Below, piece after piece: positions 49,020 to 61,944 of a DNA stretch of 64,000 nt (within the stretch, counting starts at the first letter, position 1; every line of letters begins with the position of its first letter). The translations under genes and the position numbers were made by a program. The DNA is from Mobula hypostoma (lineage: Eukaryota): contig NC_086123.1 in assembly GCF_963921235.1 (NCBI RefSeq), positions 11,284,001-11,348,000 of the forward strand, given 5' to 3'. The notes under the pieces were generated by a model. That model did not search any database and was not told the origin of the DNA. It was given only the letters and a program-made list of their open reading frames with translations.

Positions 49020-50062
49020 CTGCCTGAGAAGGCAGAGGGTGGTGGTGGAGGGAGTACATTCAGATTGGAGGATTGTGACTAGTGGTGTCCCACAAGGATC
49101 TGTTCTGGGACCTCTACTTTTCATGATTTTTATTAACGACCTGGATGTGGGGGTAGAAGGGTGGGTTGGCAAGTTTGCAGACGACACGGAGGTTGGTGGT
49201 GTTGTAGATAGTGTAGAGGATTGTCAAAGATTGCAGAGAGACATTGATAGGATGCAGAAGTGGGCTGAGAAATGGCAGATGGAGTTCAACCCGGAGAAGT
49301 GTGAGGTGGTACACTTTGGAAGGACAAACTCCAAGGCAGAGTACAAAGTAAATGGCAGGATACTTGGTAGTGTGGAGGAGCAGAGGGATCTCGGGGTACA
49401 TGTCCACAGATCCCTGAAAGTTGCCTCACAGGTGGATAGGGTAGTTAAGAAAGCTTATGGGGTGTTAGCTTTCATAAGTCGAGGGATAGAGTTTAAGAGT
49501 CGCGATGTAATGATGCAGCTCTATAAAACTCTGGTTAGGCCACACTTGGAGTATTGTGTCCAGTTCTGGTCACCTCACTATAGGAAGGATATGGAAGCAT
49601 TGGAAAGGGTACAGAGGAGATTTACCAGGATGCTGCCTGGTTTAGAAAGTATGCATTATGATCAGAGGTTAAGGGAGCTAGGGCTTTACTCTTTGGAGAG
49701 GGGGAGGATGAGAGGAGACATGATAGAGGCGTATAAAATAATAAGAGGAATAGATAGAGTGGATAGCCAGCGCCTCTTCCCCAGGGCACCACTGCTCAAT
49801 ACAAGAGGACATGGCTTTAAGGTAAGGGGTGGGAAGTTCAAGGGAGATATTAGAGGAAGGTTTTTTACTCAGAGAGTGGTTGGTGCGCGGAATGCACTGC
49901 CTGAGTCAGTGGTGGAGGCAGATACACTAGTGAAGTTTAAGAGACTACTAGACAGGTATATGGAGGAATCTAATGTGGGGGCTTATATGGGAGGCAGGGT
50001 TTTGAGGGTCGGCACAACATTGTGGGCCGAAGGGCCTGAACTGTGCTGTACTATTCTATGTT
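49020..50062 (+). mobile_element. 5'-truncated young CR1 LINE with an open RT C-terminal frame
   Basis: ORF 48985..50085: RQRVVVEG..SDW..VTSGVPQGSVLGPLLF.IFINDLD..KFADDT..WQMEFN..KC.V.H.G..LVRPHLEYCVQFWSP; no endonuclease or RT N-terminus. Confidence 0.97.
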
Positions 50063-50577
50063 TGGTACAAGAGCCTGATGGTTGAGGGGTAATGCGATTT
50101 ATTTATGTGACACTTATGCATGTTGCACTGCTTATTATGTGAATCCCTACAACATGTATTTCAAGAGGACTTTTCTCAAAGAGTAAATGATCCCATCAGG
50201 GTGGCGAGTCTTTGGTATGTTGTTCTGCTAAGTTCAGTGATAGCAGAATATTTAGAATTTTTAAGGGGCGGTGGGGAAGTAGATAGATTCATGAGAAGCA
50301 AAAGGGGTGGGAACTTTCTAGGGTCAGCAGGAATGTGCAATTGAGATCATCATTGACCTTAATGAATGGTAGAGCAAGCCCAGTAGGCAAGTAGCCAAAT
50401 CCTGCTCCCAATTTACTTCCAATATGGAGGACACCAAGCAAGTGGAAGAAGAGTGAATAGAAGTAGACAAAATCCAGTGGAAGAATATAGTTTAGAAGAA
50501 AGTTGATGAGAAGTAGGTTAGATCGGAGAGTTCAATGACGGGCAGATGCTCAGAGGAGTGGTGATTCTACAATCTAC

Positions 50578-50790
50578 AGCCTCACTTTCAAAGACTCTTT
50601 CCAATTCCTGTTCTTAGCTATTTTTGTCTTCTTTTGCACATTATTTGTATGTCAGTCTTTGTCTGTTTATGTATAGTTTTTCATAAATTCTATCGCATTT
50701 CTTTTTTCATGTAAATGCTTGCGAGAAAATGAATTTCGGGGTCATATACGGTGTCATATATGCACTTTGATAATACATTTATGTTGAACC
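50578..50790 (+). mobile_element. Rex1-type LINE 3' UTR
   Basis: Same tail as 1355-1601. Confidence 0.7.
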
Positions 50791-50829
50791 TCTGAGTGTG
50801 GGTATTATTTCTTGGAAGTGTGACAAAGG

Positions 50830-50955
50830 GGATAGAGATGCAGATGTTGGAATCTAGAGCAAAAAGCAACCTTCTGGAGGAACTCCAGAAGCCCAGCAGG
50901 ATCTGAGAGAGGAAAGGGGACTCTGACTCTTTGAGTCAAAACCTGCATTAAGACA
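50830..50955 (-). mobile_element. Degenerate PLE-derived unit
   Basis: TGCAGATGTTGGAATCTAGAGCAA..CTGGAGGAACTC..GCAGGATCTG..TTTGAGTCAAAACCTGCATTAAGAC is colinear with 6255-6384. Confidence 0.65.
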
Positions 50956-50977
50956 TAGGGAATGCAATATGTTGGTC

Positions 50978-51305
50978 ACAGAGTCATACAGCAGGAAAAG
51001 GAGTCCTTCAGCCCACTCAGACTAAACCGATCATTGGGCACCCATTTACGCCAGTCCTAAGGCAATCCTCTTTATACTCCCCACATTTCCACTAACTTCC
51101 ACCAGATGCTACTACCCACCTCCAAATGAGGGACAAGTTACTGTGGCCCATGGGCCTGCCAAACCACATGTCAGTGGGATGTGGGAAGAATATGCGGCAG
51201 TTAGAGAGAAGTTACACAATCACTTCAGGAGAGCATGCAAGCCTCACACCGACAATAGGACTGAACCGGGATCATTGGAACAATGAAGGAGAAGCACTTC
51301 CGTTT
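50978..51305 (-). mobile_element. HE1/V-SINE-like SINE with CR1-type tail
   Basis: CATACAGCAGGAAAAGGAGTCCTTCAGCCC tail; CACATGTCAGTGGGATGTGGGAAGAA core. Confidence 0.6.
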
Positions 51306-54300
51306 GCAATTCTTGGTACCCGAGGAGCAAAGGCTTTTGGCTGGAATATGGGGAAACATGATGGGGAAGAAATGGAAAATGAAATCAGTTTGTAGGATAG
51401 CGTGAAAAGTGAGATTTTGAATAGATAGATGTGATTGGATTTATAGGGTTTTGTGCAGAGGTTAACGTGTTTTGGTTATGTTGTGGCTTGTAAATTATGA
51501 ATCAAGAAGTGAGACATTTATAAATCTTAAGAACATCCAGATGGGCAATCTATAGCACTTAAATACACTTCTGAAGTAAATGCACGGTTAACCAACTACA
51601 ATGCTGGAGTATATATGCAGTGTAAGAGCTTTCCCACTAGCTTGTTAAGTAGAGGGACTGAATGTTTTGGTCCAAATAACCATGTGAAATAAGAGTTTAG
51701 GTTCAATCCATGGTCAGTAATCTCAGCCAACAAAGCAGTTGTGGTAATATGAAGTCAGTATCATCTAAACTCTCTTCACCCCTGTCTGTTTAGCAGGAAA
51801 ATACAGTATATGTGTCTGGACAATGGATGATTAGGCTCATCTGTAATGCTATTCATGGCCAGAAAATCCCTAAGCATGATCACTAAACGAATCAGAACTG
51901 GTAGAGTATTATTTTCTTTTTAGCTCCTTTAGGATAAAGTTATTGAAAGCATATAGAATGCATTTTGCATTTATGTGATGCACTGTAAATAAATTACAAT
52001 TCTGTTACTCCTTTAATGATCTATGACAATTTCAAATGCTGCACGACTTGCAGATGACGAGTGACAACATTGGTCTCTTCTACATCTCCATTCTGATCCA
52101 CTGGAAATCCAGAGCAAATAATTGCTTAGATGAAGCAACAATTTCCTCCTTATTTTTACAACAGTTCAACAACAAGATTAGCTTAATACTCTTTATAGTG
52201 TGCAAAAAAGACCTGGTAAAAATTGCCGCATTTGAACCAATGTGCCAGTTTTCTTTTCTAAAATCATATTTCAAATAGCCTGCAAGGAATTTATTTGTTC
52301 TATGCTGACTGTTATCGGAGGGGGAAAGTGATCACTTACTCCGACCTCTGAAATGACACTCCAGTAAAGATTAAAGCACAAACCAGACCCACTGTCTTAC
52401 CACCCACCAGTCTGTCTACCTTAGCCACTAAAGTTAATTTTTAAACCCCTAGAGATAGATTTTTTTCAATTAATTTGCTTACTTTGGCACATAATGAGCT
52501 CCTGCTCCCTGAGATTTTAGATTTAAAAAATTAGACTCTGTTGAAACATACTTATTTGAATAATGGTTTTGACCTTTTTCCCACCCTTCTGCAGTATCTC
52601 ACAACACTGACACTATCCTTTCTCTGGCTTCATTAATTTAGCAGGCTATATATGTGCCAAGTATTTGGGAAGCAGTCTGCTTATTGTAGTTGTAGTAAGA
52701 TAACTTGGCATTCTTCACGCCTGACTTGAATGAAATGTTCTTGGTACTCTCTCCTTCTTTCATTTAGCGATACAATAGGTGGAGCTTAAATGTTAAGACT
52801 TTTCTTTCCCCTTTAATTTAGACAATTGCTATTGTAAATAAAAGCTTGAGGCATACTGTATATGTATCAAATATCTTGGTCATTTTCATAGCAACGTCCT
52901 TTTTAAACTGGAAAATTCAGGTCCGCGTATGGCAGAATTAAATTCTTAATTTATTTACATCATTGCATAAATAGGCATGCTAAGGAATGCAGTAAGAAAT
53001 TGTACAATGCAATTTGAAAATTAACCTGAGCCAAGATAGTGACATCTGAAAGTCCACAGTAGTTTGCATGTATCTTAACTGCTGTCATTCAAATTTTGGT
53101 ATAAAATTATTGAACCAGTCGTAATCCAGTAAAATTTAGTCTTGATTTTCTTTTGCTTTGTTCAACATTTCAAATTAACCCTCTGATAGAATTTTGTAAA
53201 CTCTAACAATATCCAAAGCTATTCACCTTGATGGATTTTGGAAGGTTGTTTTCACATTAATTGAAAGCTGATGTATACTCTGTTAGCGGTCATTTCTCTC
53301 AACACTATCATATTTTACTATCTCCTTTGTTCTAAATGTGCAGACGATGTTAATTGCTGTGTTAGAATTTTGTCTACAATGTGCTTTGCTAGATAAAGCT
53401 CTGCTCATCTGCATTTCGGGTGTGCATGTCATTAAAACATTATGTCCCATAATTTGATGCAAAGGGACAACCTTTGACATTTTCAGTGTTTGCGTGAGGG
53501 AAGCATACAAAATACTGTAAGGGCTGTGCTTAGCAAGTGACATGTGAATGTGTGTATACAATTAAGAAGATTGCTGATTCTTATTGAGAATTGTTATGAA
53601 TAATCCTGGCAATGCTCCATATTCCAAAACCTTAAATTTAGCCTTTAATTATAAAACATCACAGATACTTAATGACCTTTATTTTAAATAAAATGTACGG
53701 TAATGTGATTTTTATATTACATTCAAATCTGTAAAGACAGTATTAGGTTTATCACTTCTTTGGATTATAATTTAAAGGCACTTTCTAATGCCTGCAGCCA
53801 CTGCTGAACCAGCAAGAATCTTTTTTCACACAAGCAGTTTAAAAGCTGCAGGGTAATTTAACACAAAAGTTCACTTCCCATTTTCATCAAATTCCGTTGC
53901 TTAATTGTTGCTGTTTTCTGCCTAATATTTATTCGAACACGTTGTAGAGTAGGTTGGGTAATATTTTCTATAAATAAATAAATAGTTTCAATAAATGATT
54001 TCCTGTCATCATGCCATGCTTTTTTGCTATAAATGGATCCATGTTCCTGTAGGTGCGAGGGCTTGACCTTTGTCCTTGGCTGTTCAGTTTTTAAAAGCAA
54101 AAGAATTAGGCTTAATAATTTCAGAATAACCAGGCACTCCCTCCAGACGGTTTGTTTTAATATATCTCACAATGACCAGTGAGTTGTTAATTTAAGAGTG
54201 TTGCTCTGTTCCCTTGCTTATGCCCTAAGGGTGGATTAATATCTCAGCTGTGTCACAAACTAATGCCAACTACTGAGTTATCCCACAGATTCTGTATATA

Positions 54301-55053
54301 GCAACTCTGACTCTGCCAGGTCTCTGCTTTCTCATGTGAAAACCAGCACCCTGGGTCACTTCTCATACCCACTGACCAATATCTCTTCTGTCTGGATAGT
54401 TCAGGAGTTTCCGTGTCAGCTCATTTTTATTTTATAAATCTTATATGCACTAAAGTCTTGACCTTGGGAAGAAATAAGAATTTAATGGAAGATATGTATG
54501 TGACCATGATTTCAGTAGCTGCTGTGCTTAACTCTTCAGCTGCATTCATCTCTGCTTCTTAATCTCTTAGTCCTATGTAGCTGAGTACTTTGAGACGACA
54601 TAGGAAAAGAGTTGAAATGCCTTCAATGCCAATTTGTGACACTGATATGTTTTCTGCAATAATTTGTGAAGGTCTATGATGCAGTTTAGAGTTTATAGTC
54701 TATGTAGTTATGGTCCCTTGCATTGTTTCCCTATGAAATGCTGGATGTCTGTTGCAGAATGACAAGGGGCAATGGCCCATCCCTTCCTATTAGTAGAAAT
54801 TGTAATAACTTGCACTCCATGAGTGTACACAGCTGCCTGGAAAACTAACTGACCCTGGGTGATCTGTTTTGTTGAGCAGTCTTGAACAAATGTTAGAGTA
54901 AGATGATGAGGTGAGATGATAGAATTATGAAGTTGACTTTCAATATCCCAGCTTTGAAACTTTAGTAAAACTTGACAGGCTTTCCAAGGTTTCCCAGTGA
55001 GTAGATAAATAGTGCAGATCAAGAGTATCGCCCTGTTTGTGACCTGTTAGGTA

Positions 55054-55185
55054 GTCATATTTGGGCTGAGACCTTTCATCAGGACCTGAATTAGGATCAC
55101 TCCTAATGAAGGGTCTTGAAACGTCGACTCTTTATTCCTTTCCATAGATGCTGCCTGGCCTGCAGGGTTTCTCCAGCGTTGTGTG
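55054..55185. mobile_element. PLE-derived insert with two back-to-back decayed hammerheads
   Basis: Minus 55054-55085: GTC-CTGATGA-A-AGGT(CTCA)GCCC-AAATAT-GAC. Plus 55099-55129: ACTC-CTAATGA-A-GGGTCTT-GAAA-CGTC-GACT. Confidence 0.75.
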
Positions 55186-56324
55186 CATCTTCTAGAAAGA
55201 GACTGCAGAAGACATAAAAGGGACTTAACTTAGATACATTTTCTGAAAAATTGGGAAATAAGCTCTGTGGGGAAGAAGTACAGAAGAAGAGTTGAGACTT
55301 TGGGCAGATCAGCCTTAACCCTATTGAATGATCGGGCAAATGTGATGACCGTGGTGGCCAAATACAGTTCCTATTTTCTTGTGAAATACTTATTATTTTA
55401 CTCCAAAAACACATTTTGGAAATAGTAAGGATTAAGGGTGGGGTGAGAATGTGAAACTTGGAGAAAATAGTATTTGTAAAGAAATGGTACTGGAGAAATT
55501 AATTGGACCACAAGCCAACAAACTCATATTTCCTTTGCTGGCATCTCCCCGTCTTCAGAGGCAAGATTTGCAGCTTCACATTTTCTCTTCTGCATCTGTT
55601 AGCTGTGATATATACAAATGGTATGTACGTGGAGGACTAGGTCTAGTTTTCTGGCTCTCTTTGCGTTTTGTCCTCAGTTCTGCTTGGAAGGAAACGAGAA
55701 TCTCCATGGAATGAGAGAAAAGGCATGTGTTGAATGGATGGACAGGAGAAAATTCATTAACATAGATAAGGCGTTGTTACTTTAGGTTGAGGATATCTCT
55801 CAGTGGTGAATGTGCAAAGGTATGTAGATAACTTGGATAATAGTTACTGCTGGTTAGTTAGTGTCATCTCATTATCACAGTCTGTAGAATGAAAGAAACT
55901 AGTTGCTGTTTAAATTAATATCAAAGATACTTGAGTAACCAAAGAGGAACTTATGAGCGATAAGAACCTCCACACTGGCAGATCAGTTCTGTATAGTTCT
56001 TCCCTGAAACATCTATAATAACCTGCTGAGAGTAATTGGTCACATTCCATCATTTTAAGAGAGTACACGCCCAATATTATAAAGGTCACATCACTTCTTA
56101 ATAATGAAAACCAAAACTGATTTTCAGTCTGCACCAGAAATCGGATACATGGGACACCTCACTTTCAGCTTATTGTGTTGTCAGCGATAGTACCGGCAAT
56201 TTCCCTTGTTCTGCACATTACTGCAGTAATTTGCATCTGCTGACTATCCAGGACTTCTAGACTGGTTTTTATGGATTTGCAGTTTTCCTTATTTCATACA
56301 ATTTTTTTGGAGCCAACTCTGTCT

Positions 56325-57185
56325 CAAATATTATTTATTTATTTAGCTATACAGTGTGAAATAACACCCTTGCACCCCATCGAGCCGTGTCAACCAATAG
56401 CTCACTGATTTAATTCCAGCCTTATCATGGGACAATTTACAATGACCAATTAACCTACTAAATACACTCAAAAACTTCTATAGTTGTTCAGTGGAGAGCA
56501 TTCTGACAGGCTGCATCACTGTCTGGAATGGAGGGGCTACTGCACAGGACCGAAAGAAGCTACAGAAGTTTGTAAATATAGTCGGCTCCATCTTGGGCAC
56601 TAGCCTACAAAGTACCCAGGACATCCTTAGGGAGCAGTGTCTCAGAAAGGCAGTGTCCATTATTAAGGACATCAAGTACTGAGGGCATGCCCTTTTCTCA
56701 CTGTTACCATAAGGTAGGAGATACAGAAGCCTGAAGGCACACACTCAGTGATTCAGGAACAGCTTCTTCCCCTCTGCCATCTGATTCCTAAATGGACATT
56801 GAAGCTTTGGACACTACCTCACTTTTTTTAATATACAGTATTTCTGTTTTTGCACATTTTGTTAAATCTATTCAATATACGTAATTGATTTACTTGTTTA
56901 TTTATTATTATGTATTATTTTATTTATTATTTTCTCTCTCTCTCTCTGCTAGATTATGTATTGAACTGAACTGCTGCTGCTAAGTTAACAAGTTTCAATC
57001 ACATGCCGGTGATAATAAACCTGATTCTGATTCTAACTGGACTGTGGGACGAAACTGGAGCACCTGGGGAGAAACCCACACACTTCACGGGAAGCACGTA
57101 CAAACGTTTTTACAGTGGACACCAGAATTGAACTTTAAACTCCAACGCCCCAAGCATTGTGATAACCAATACCATGGCACCCCTT
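56325..57185. mobile_element. HE1/V-SINE-like SINE (-) split by a Rex1-type LINE 3' fragment (+, ~56463-57033)
   Basis: VESILTGCITVWNGGATAQDRKKLQK..CLRKAVSIIKD; (TCTGAT)n tail; the SINE resumes at CTGGACTGTGGGACGAAACTGGAGCACC. Confidence 0.88.
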
Positions 57186-57592
57186 TCCATGGCTCAACTC
57201 TCCTCATTTCCACAAACAACCTGATTTCTGAGAGCAGATACTTCAGATGTGTAAAACTGCAAAATATCTGCTGACAACCTTAGCTCCAATAAGAAAATAT
57301 CAAATGATTCTTCCTGCTCCTGCCTCTTAGTATTGTCAGAACTGGTCAATTGTTTCATTTCCAGGGCGGGTTGTACTGTGCTTGTAATATATCAAGTGCA
57401 ATCTTCAGAGCTTCCTGCTTGGCCTCAATGGTAGAATAAAATTTTCCCCACCCCCTTATGACCAATGACATATAATAATACTGTGATTTTTTTTCTTTTC
57501 TGCTTTCTCTTCAATGACCAGCTCAATGTGAACCCTCCCCTCCAACTTTACGCAGGTTAGAAATCCAAAAGCATGTTCAGCCCTATATATTA

Positions 57593-58085
57593 CATAAGAT
57601 ATAGGAGCAGAATTAGGCCATTTGGCCCATCAAATCTACTCCCTCATTTCATCATGTCTGACCTATTTCCCTCTCATTCCCAATTTCCTACCTTCATGCC
57701 CTGACTAATCAAGAATCTCTCAACCTTTGCCTCAAATATGCCCAATGACTTGGCCACCACAGCTGCCTGTGGCAACAAATTCCACAGATTCACTACTCTC
57801 TGGCTAAAGAAATTCCGCCACACCTCCATTCTAAAAGGACATCCCTCTATTCTGAGGCTGCATCCTCTGGTCTTAGACTCCACCACCTCAGGAAACACCT
57901 TCTCCACATCCACACTGTCAAGACTTTTCAACATTCAATAGGTTTCAATGAGATCCGCCCCCCCCCCGCCCTCATTCTTCTAAATTTCAGTGAGTACAGG
58001 CCCAAAGCACTCAAACACTCCTCATAAGATAAGCCTTTCAATCCCAGAATCATTTTCAAGAACCTCCTTTGAACCCTCTCCAATG
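57593..58085 (-). mobile_element. CR1 LINE 3' end
   Basis: ORFs 57928..58131 (LERVQRRF.KMI.GLKGLSYEE.L.ALGLYSL.FRRMR) and 57674..57934. Confidence 0.93.
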
Positions 58086-58283
58086 TCAATTTACTCATTA
58101 TGGATAAACTCAACTGAATCACACAGATCACTTTATTTCAACAAATGTCCATGTATTATTTTAAATAAGAAGAATCAGCCATAGTATTTTACATTTCAGT
58201 TGACGGACTGCATCTTCATGATTTCCATCATCAGCATTTCTGGCACTGTGTCTCAGGAATCAGTGACTGCAAAGCAGTCACTA

Positions 58284-58918
58284 AGGAGGGAGGAGAAGAT
58301 GGTGGCGCGACGCAGCACGTGCAGCCGTTTCAAATGATATCGTATGTGTTAACTAGGATGCCGTACACAATCCTGATTTGATGGAGACAGACGTGAGGAA
58401 CATCTAGAGAAACTTCTGAAATGCCCGCTTCGCTGCCGCTGCTACTGTGCGATCGAGAATCTCTGGAGGGGAAGGCCCCAAATCCTCGCCTTTGTCTATT
58501 GCCTGTTGCCAGGGCCGGGGTATCGGCAGAGATGGTGCTCGGTGCTCGGTGTCAGAGAGCTGGTTGGAGGCTCGGAGTTTTCAGACGGACTCGGAGTCGG
58601 ACTGTGGTCAGATGCTTCCAGGATGCTGCATCGGCAAGTTTGCGGCGCTGGAGGTTCACCGTCTGCGTGAGATGATGGGACTTTCGAGAGACTTTGAGAC
58701 TCTTACCGTGCCATGGTCTGTTCTTATCAAATGACGGTATTGCTTTGCACTGTTGTAACTATATGTTATAATTATGTGGTTTTTGTCTGCTTTTCAGTCG
58801 GTTTGTCATGTGTTTCTGTGATATCATTCTGGAGAAACATTGTATCATTTCTTAATGCATGCATTACTAAATGACAATAAAAGAGGACTGCGTGTCCTCA
58901 TAATCTAATCTAATCTAA
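58284..58918 (+). mobile_element. CpG-rich, young non-autonomous retroelement
   Basis: 5' AAGATGG(T)GGCG, CpG-rich body, AATAAA and (AATCT)n tail; no RT ORF. Confidence 0.75.
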
Positions 58919-59418
58919 ATCAAATTAACAACTGGGGTACTTCATTAAACAAACAAGGAACTTGAGGATATCAAGCTTTGGTTCGCATGTAAACTGATTC
59001 TTCCCAGTTCTACACAGCAAAATTAATGGTTATGTATGAGGAGAATTGATCACAGGGTACACATAGGTTATCACTGTGTGTAAAAGAATTGATTATAAAG
59101 GGTAATATGCGACTGTTTGAGAAATCGAGTATAGAATGCAAGTAACTAATCTCTTTCTCTAACCTTCCTTTACCTACATAGTTCATTGAATTATTTCTAA
59201 ATACTGTTGAAGAGTGTATTATGCTCTGAACTCAAAAGCCATTTCTTTTTGTTGTCCCAGCTAAAAACTCAGTCGCATTGCAAGGGTAAAGTATTTCACT
59301 TTGGATCCATGCAGACCTCAGTGTCACACCAAAGAGGTTCTAGTGAAGATAGTCACGGTTTTCCAAGACTTGATTCTTTCTCTTTCTTCTGTCTAGTTGT
59401 TCCAGCTGACAAGTTTGC

Positions 59419-59559
59419 AGTCCTAATGAAGGATCTCATTCCAAAACGGCATCTGTTTATTCCCCTCCATAGATGCTGCCTGGTTTGCTGCCTTCCTCCA
59501 GCACCTTGTGTGAGTTGCTCAACATTTCCAGTATCTGCAGGATTTCTTGTGTTCATGGG
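59419..59559 (+). mobile_element. PLE-derived short insert with decayed hammerhead
   Basis: AGTC-CTAATGA-A-GGAT(CTCA)TTCC-AAAA-CGGC; ends ATCTGCAGGATTTCTTGTGTT; 8-bp TSD AAGTTTGC (59411-59418 / 59560-59567). Confidence 0.8.
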
Positions 59560-61777
59560 AAGTTTGCCGCGTCCCTTTACACTGCCTCCGTCACAACTAT
59601 GTCACAGTTCCTCGAGAAACTTGGAAATCATATACCAGTGAGAGGACGGGTTAAAGCAAGCACTAGTGGTTGCTCCCCACTGGTACATTTCCTGTCTTCA
59701 CCATCCTCCCCACTGACCAACTCCTAGCTTGTCACTAACTCAAAATATCAGCTTAGTGTTGAAAGGGAGTTAGAACCAATCCAATAGAACTATAAAAAGT
59801 TCATTTAACTGCCAGGTTTCAGTTCTTATCAGATATTATAACTAACTAAAACAAAAAGTCATTAAATAATTCTTATAGCCAACCGCTTTTGTTGGCTGAT
59901 GTTCTGAAGGCCTGACTCCAATCCTACACTTGTGGATTTATCACAGTTGAGACATAATGACAAATCTAATTTCAGGTGAAGTTCTGTATACTGATAATGC
60001 TAGTGATATCATTTTATCTTATTGAAATATACAAGTGTTTGATCAGCATTGTGTACTTGGTTTCTGCCATACTTAAATGAAAACAGATGAATAAAAAAGA
60101 GAGCTGATTTAACCCTTTTGCTACTTATTCCGGGCTCCTGACCATAAAATTGTACTGAAGAAAGGGTCGCTCCTTTGCTTTGTAGTTATGTGTGCCAAGG
60201 TTAACAATTCTAACCTTTTTGGTTATTAATGGTGATTTGAGAACATGTAGAATCAAACACTGAACTCGATAAAGGGCTTTACGAGACTAACTTGTTTTGA
60301 ACTTTAACATTACAAACCAGTTCCCATCTGAGTAAACTTTGCTCTTTCTGTAATACTTAACCATCCAGCTCTCATAAACGCTGGGTGTTTATCAGATCAT
60401 TTTAAGTATGAACATTTCATTGCAGAATTTCAACTTTTAAAACAGTTAGCAAAATTCTTTTTAAAAAACCTGAAATAAAGAAGGCAACCCCCCTTGTTAA
60501 GGGTGGGGGGAATGGGATTTAACTGCACATCAATGTCAAATGAAATTTAGGATGAGCTGGAGACATTTCAAGCATACTTGTTTGGATAACACAGAAAATT
60601 ACTTCCTATACAGTAAACTCTGAAAATGTTTAGCTTTATCTCCTGGCCACACTGTCTGTGATCTGCTTGCTCATGGTAAAAAAAACCTGTTTCCTATCAC
60701 AAACTGAGAGAGCTTGACAATCTATGTTGTCTGATTTTGGCAAGCAGCAATTAATAGTGGGGTCTCATTACACAAAGAAGTGGCGCTGTGATGTTTATAT
60801 TCAGTAATAAACACAGTTAAGCATCTGCCATGATTCTCTGCAGTAGTCAGCTGAAAAGTTGAATGGCTGCCTTCTGATTCGGACGTCTCCTTGCTTCCCG
60901 AGGAGGAAAGTGAAGTCCCTAAGTACTTTGCGTTTGGATATGGGGTAAACTTTCCAAGCATAAACACAGTTATGAAAATGCTCTCACACTTGCCTTGTTA
61001 ATGTGGTTACCCATGACATTTTTCATGCAATGCAATTTGACTCTGTTAACTTGTGTTTTTTTTTAACAATGCCGAATTTGGCAGAAGCCCATTCACTGTA
61101 CTTCATCACAGCGGGAACAATAAAATTCCTGCAGACTTCAGCACAGGGAAGCATAATATATTTTGACCTGCCAGTAAAATGGGTCACTCAGTTAGAGAAG
61201 AAGTGAGCCATTTCTGCAGTTTTGATGCTTTAATGAAGGTTGTTTAATAAAATAGATTTATCCCTAAAATCAGACAAAATGTGATTCCTTCTTTACCGAA
61301 TTTCATCTGAAGGCAGAGCAGCTGCCTTCAGTGCCAAAGAAGAATTGCTTCAGTTACAATCTAGGCGACTGACTAACTACACCCAGTTGACCACTGGCAA
61401 AAGCGGTTCAAATAGACATCGGGGCCTTGTCCCAATTCTTTGGTTTTTTCAGTCCAGCTTACTCGTTTTGGAACCTTCTCTTTAACTTAGACCCATTGAA
61501 GCCAATTGCCATAATCTTAGTGATATCTGCCGTGAGGCCTAACTGATCTGTGTAAAACACCCAAATACAGACATTTCCTTTGTATTCTCTCTCTCCCTGC
61601 CCCTTTGCACGTGTATGTGTGTATTTGTGACTCTTCCATCTATGTCTTCTTGTCCCATCATCGTTCCACTCTTTTCAATGCACTGTGTAATGATTTAATC
61701 CGTATGGGCAGTATGCAAAACAAGCTTTTCACTATTTCTTGGCACTTGGGACAATAATAAACCAATTCCAATTCTGT

Positions 61778-61807
61778 CCCTCCATCCTTCCATCCTTCCA
61801 TCCTTCC

Positions 61808-61851
<44 letters not shown>

Positions 61852-61899
61852 CTTTCCCCGTCCCTCTGTCCGTGTATCCCCACACTCTATCTATTCTGC

Positions 61900-61942
<43 letters not shown>
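61778..61942. repeat. Compound microsatellite: (TCCATCCT)n plus two (TG)n tracts
   Basis: (TG)~19 at 61811-61848 and (TG)~20 at 61902-61942. Confidence 0.97.

Positions 61943-61944
<2 letters not shown>

Noticed and set aside
48985-50085. 366-aa ORF as a host gene or active retrotransposon
   Set aside because: 5'-truncated CR1 ORF2; its first and last codons come from the flanking LINE tail, and it lacks the endonuclease and RT N-terminus.
60844-60944. Candidate exon (TTCTCTGCAG ... GG/GTAAAC)
   Set aside because: Stops in all frames from this acceptor; the alternative NAG gives an unrecognisable peptide.
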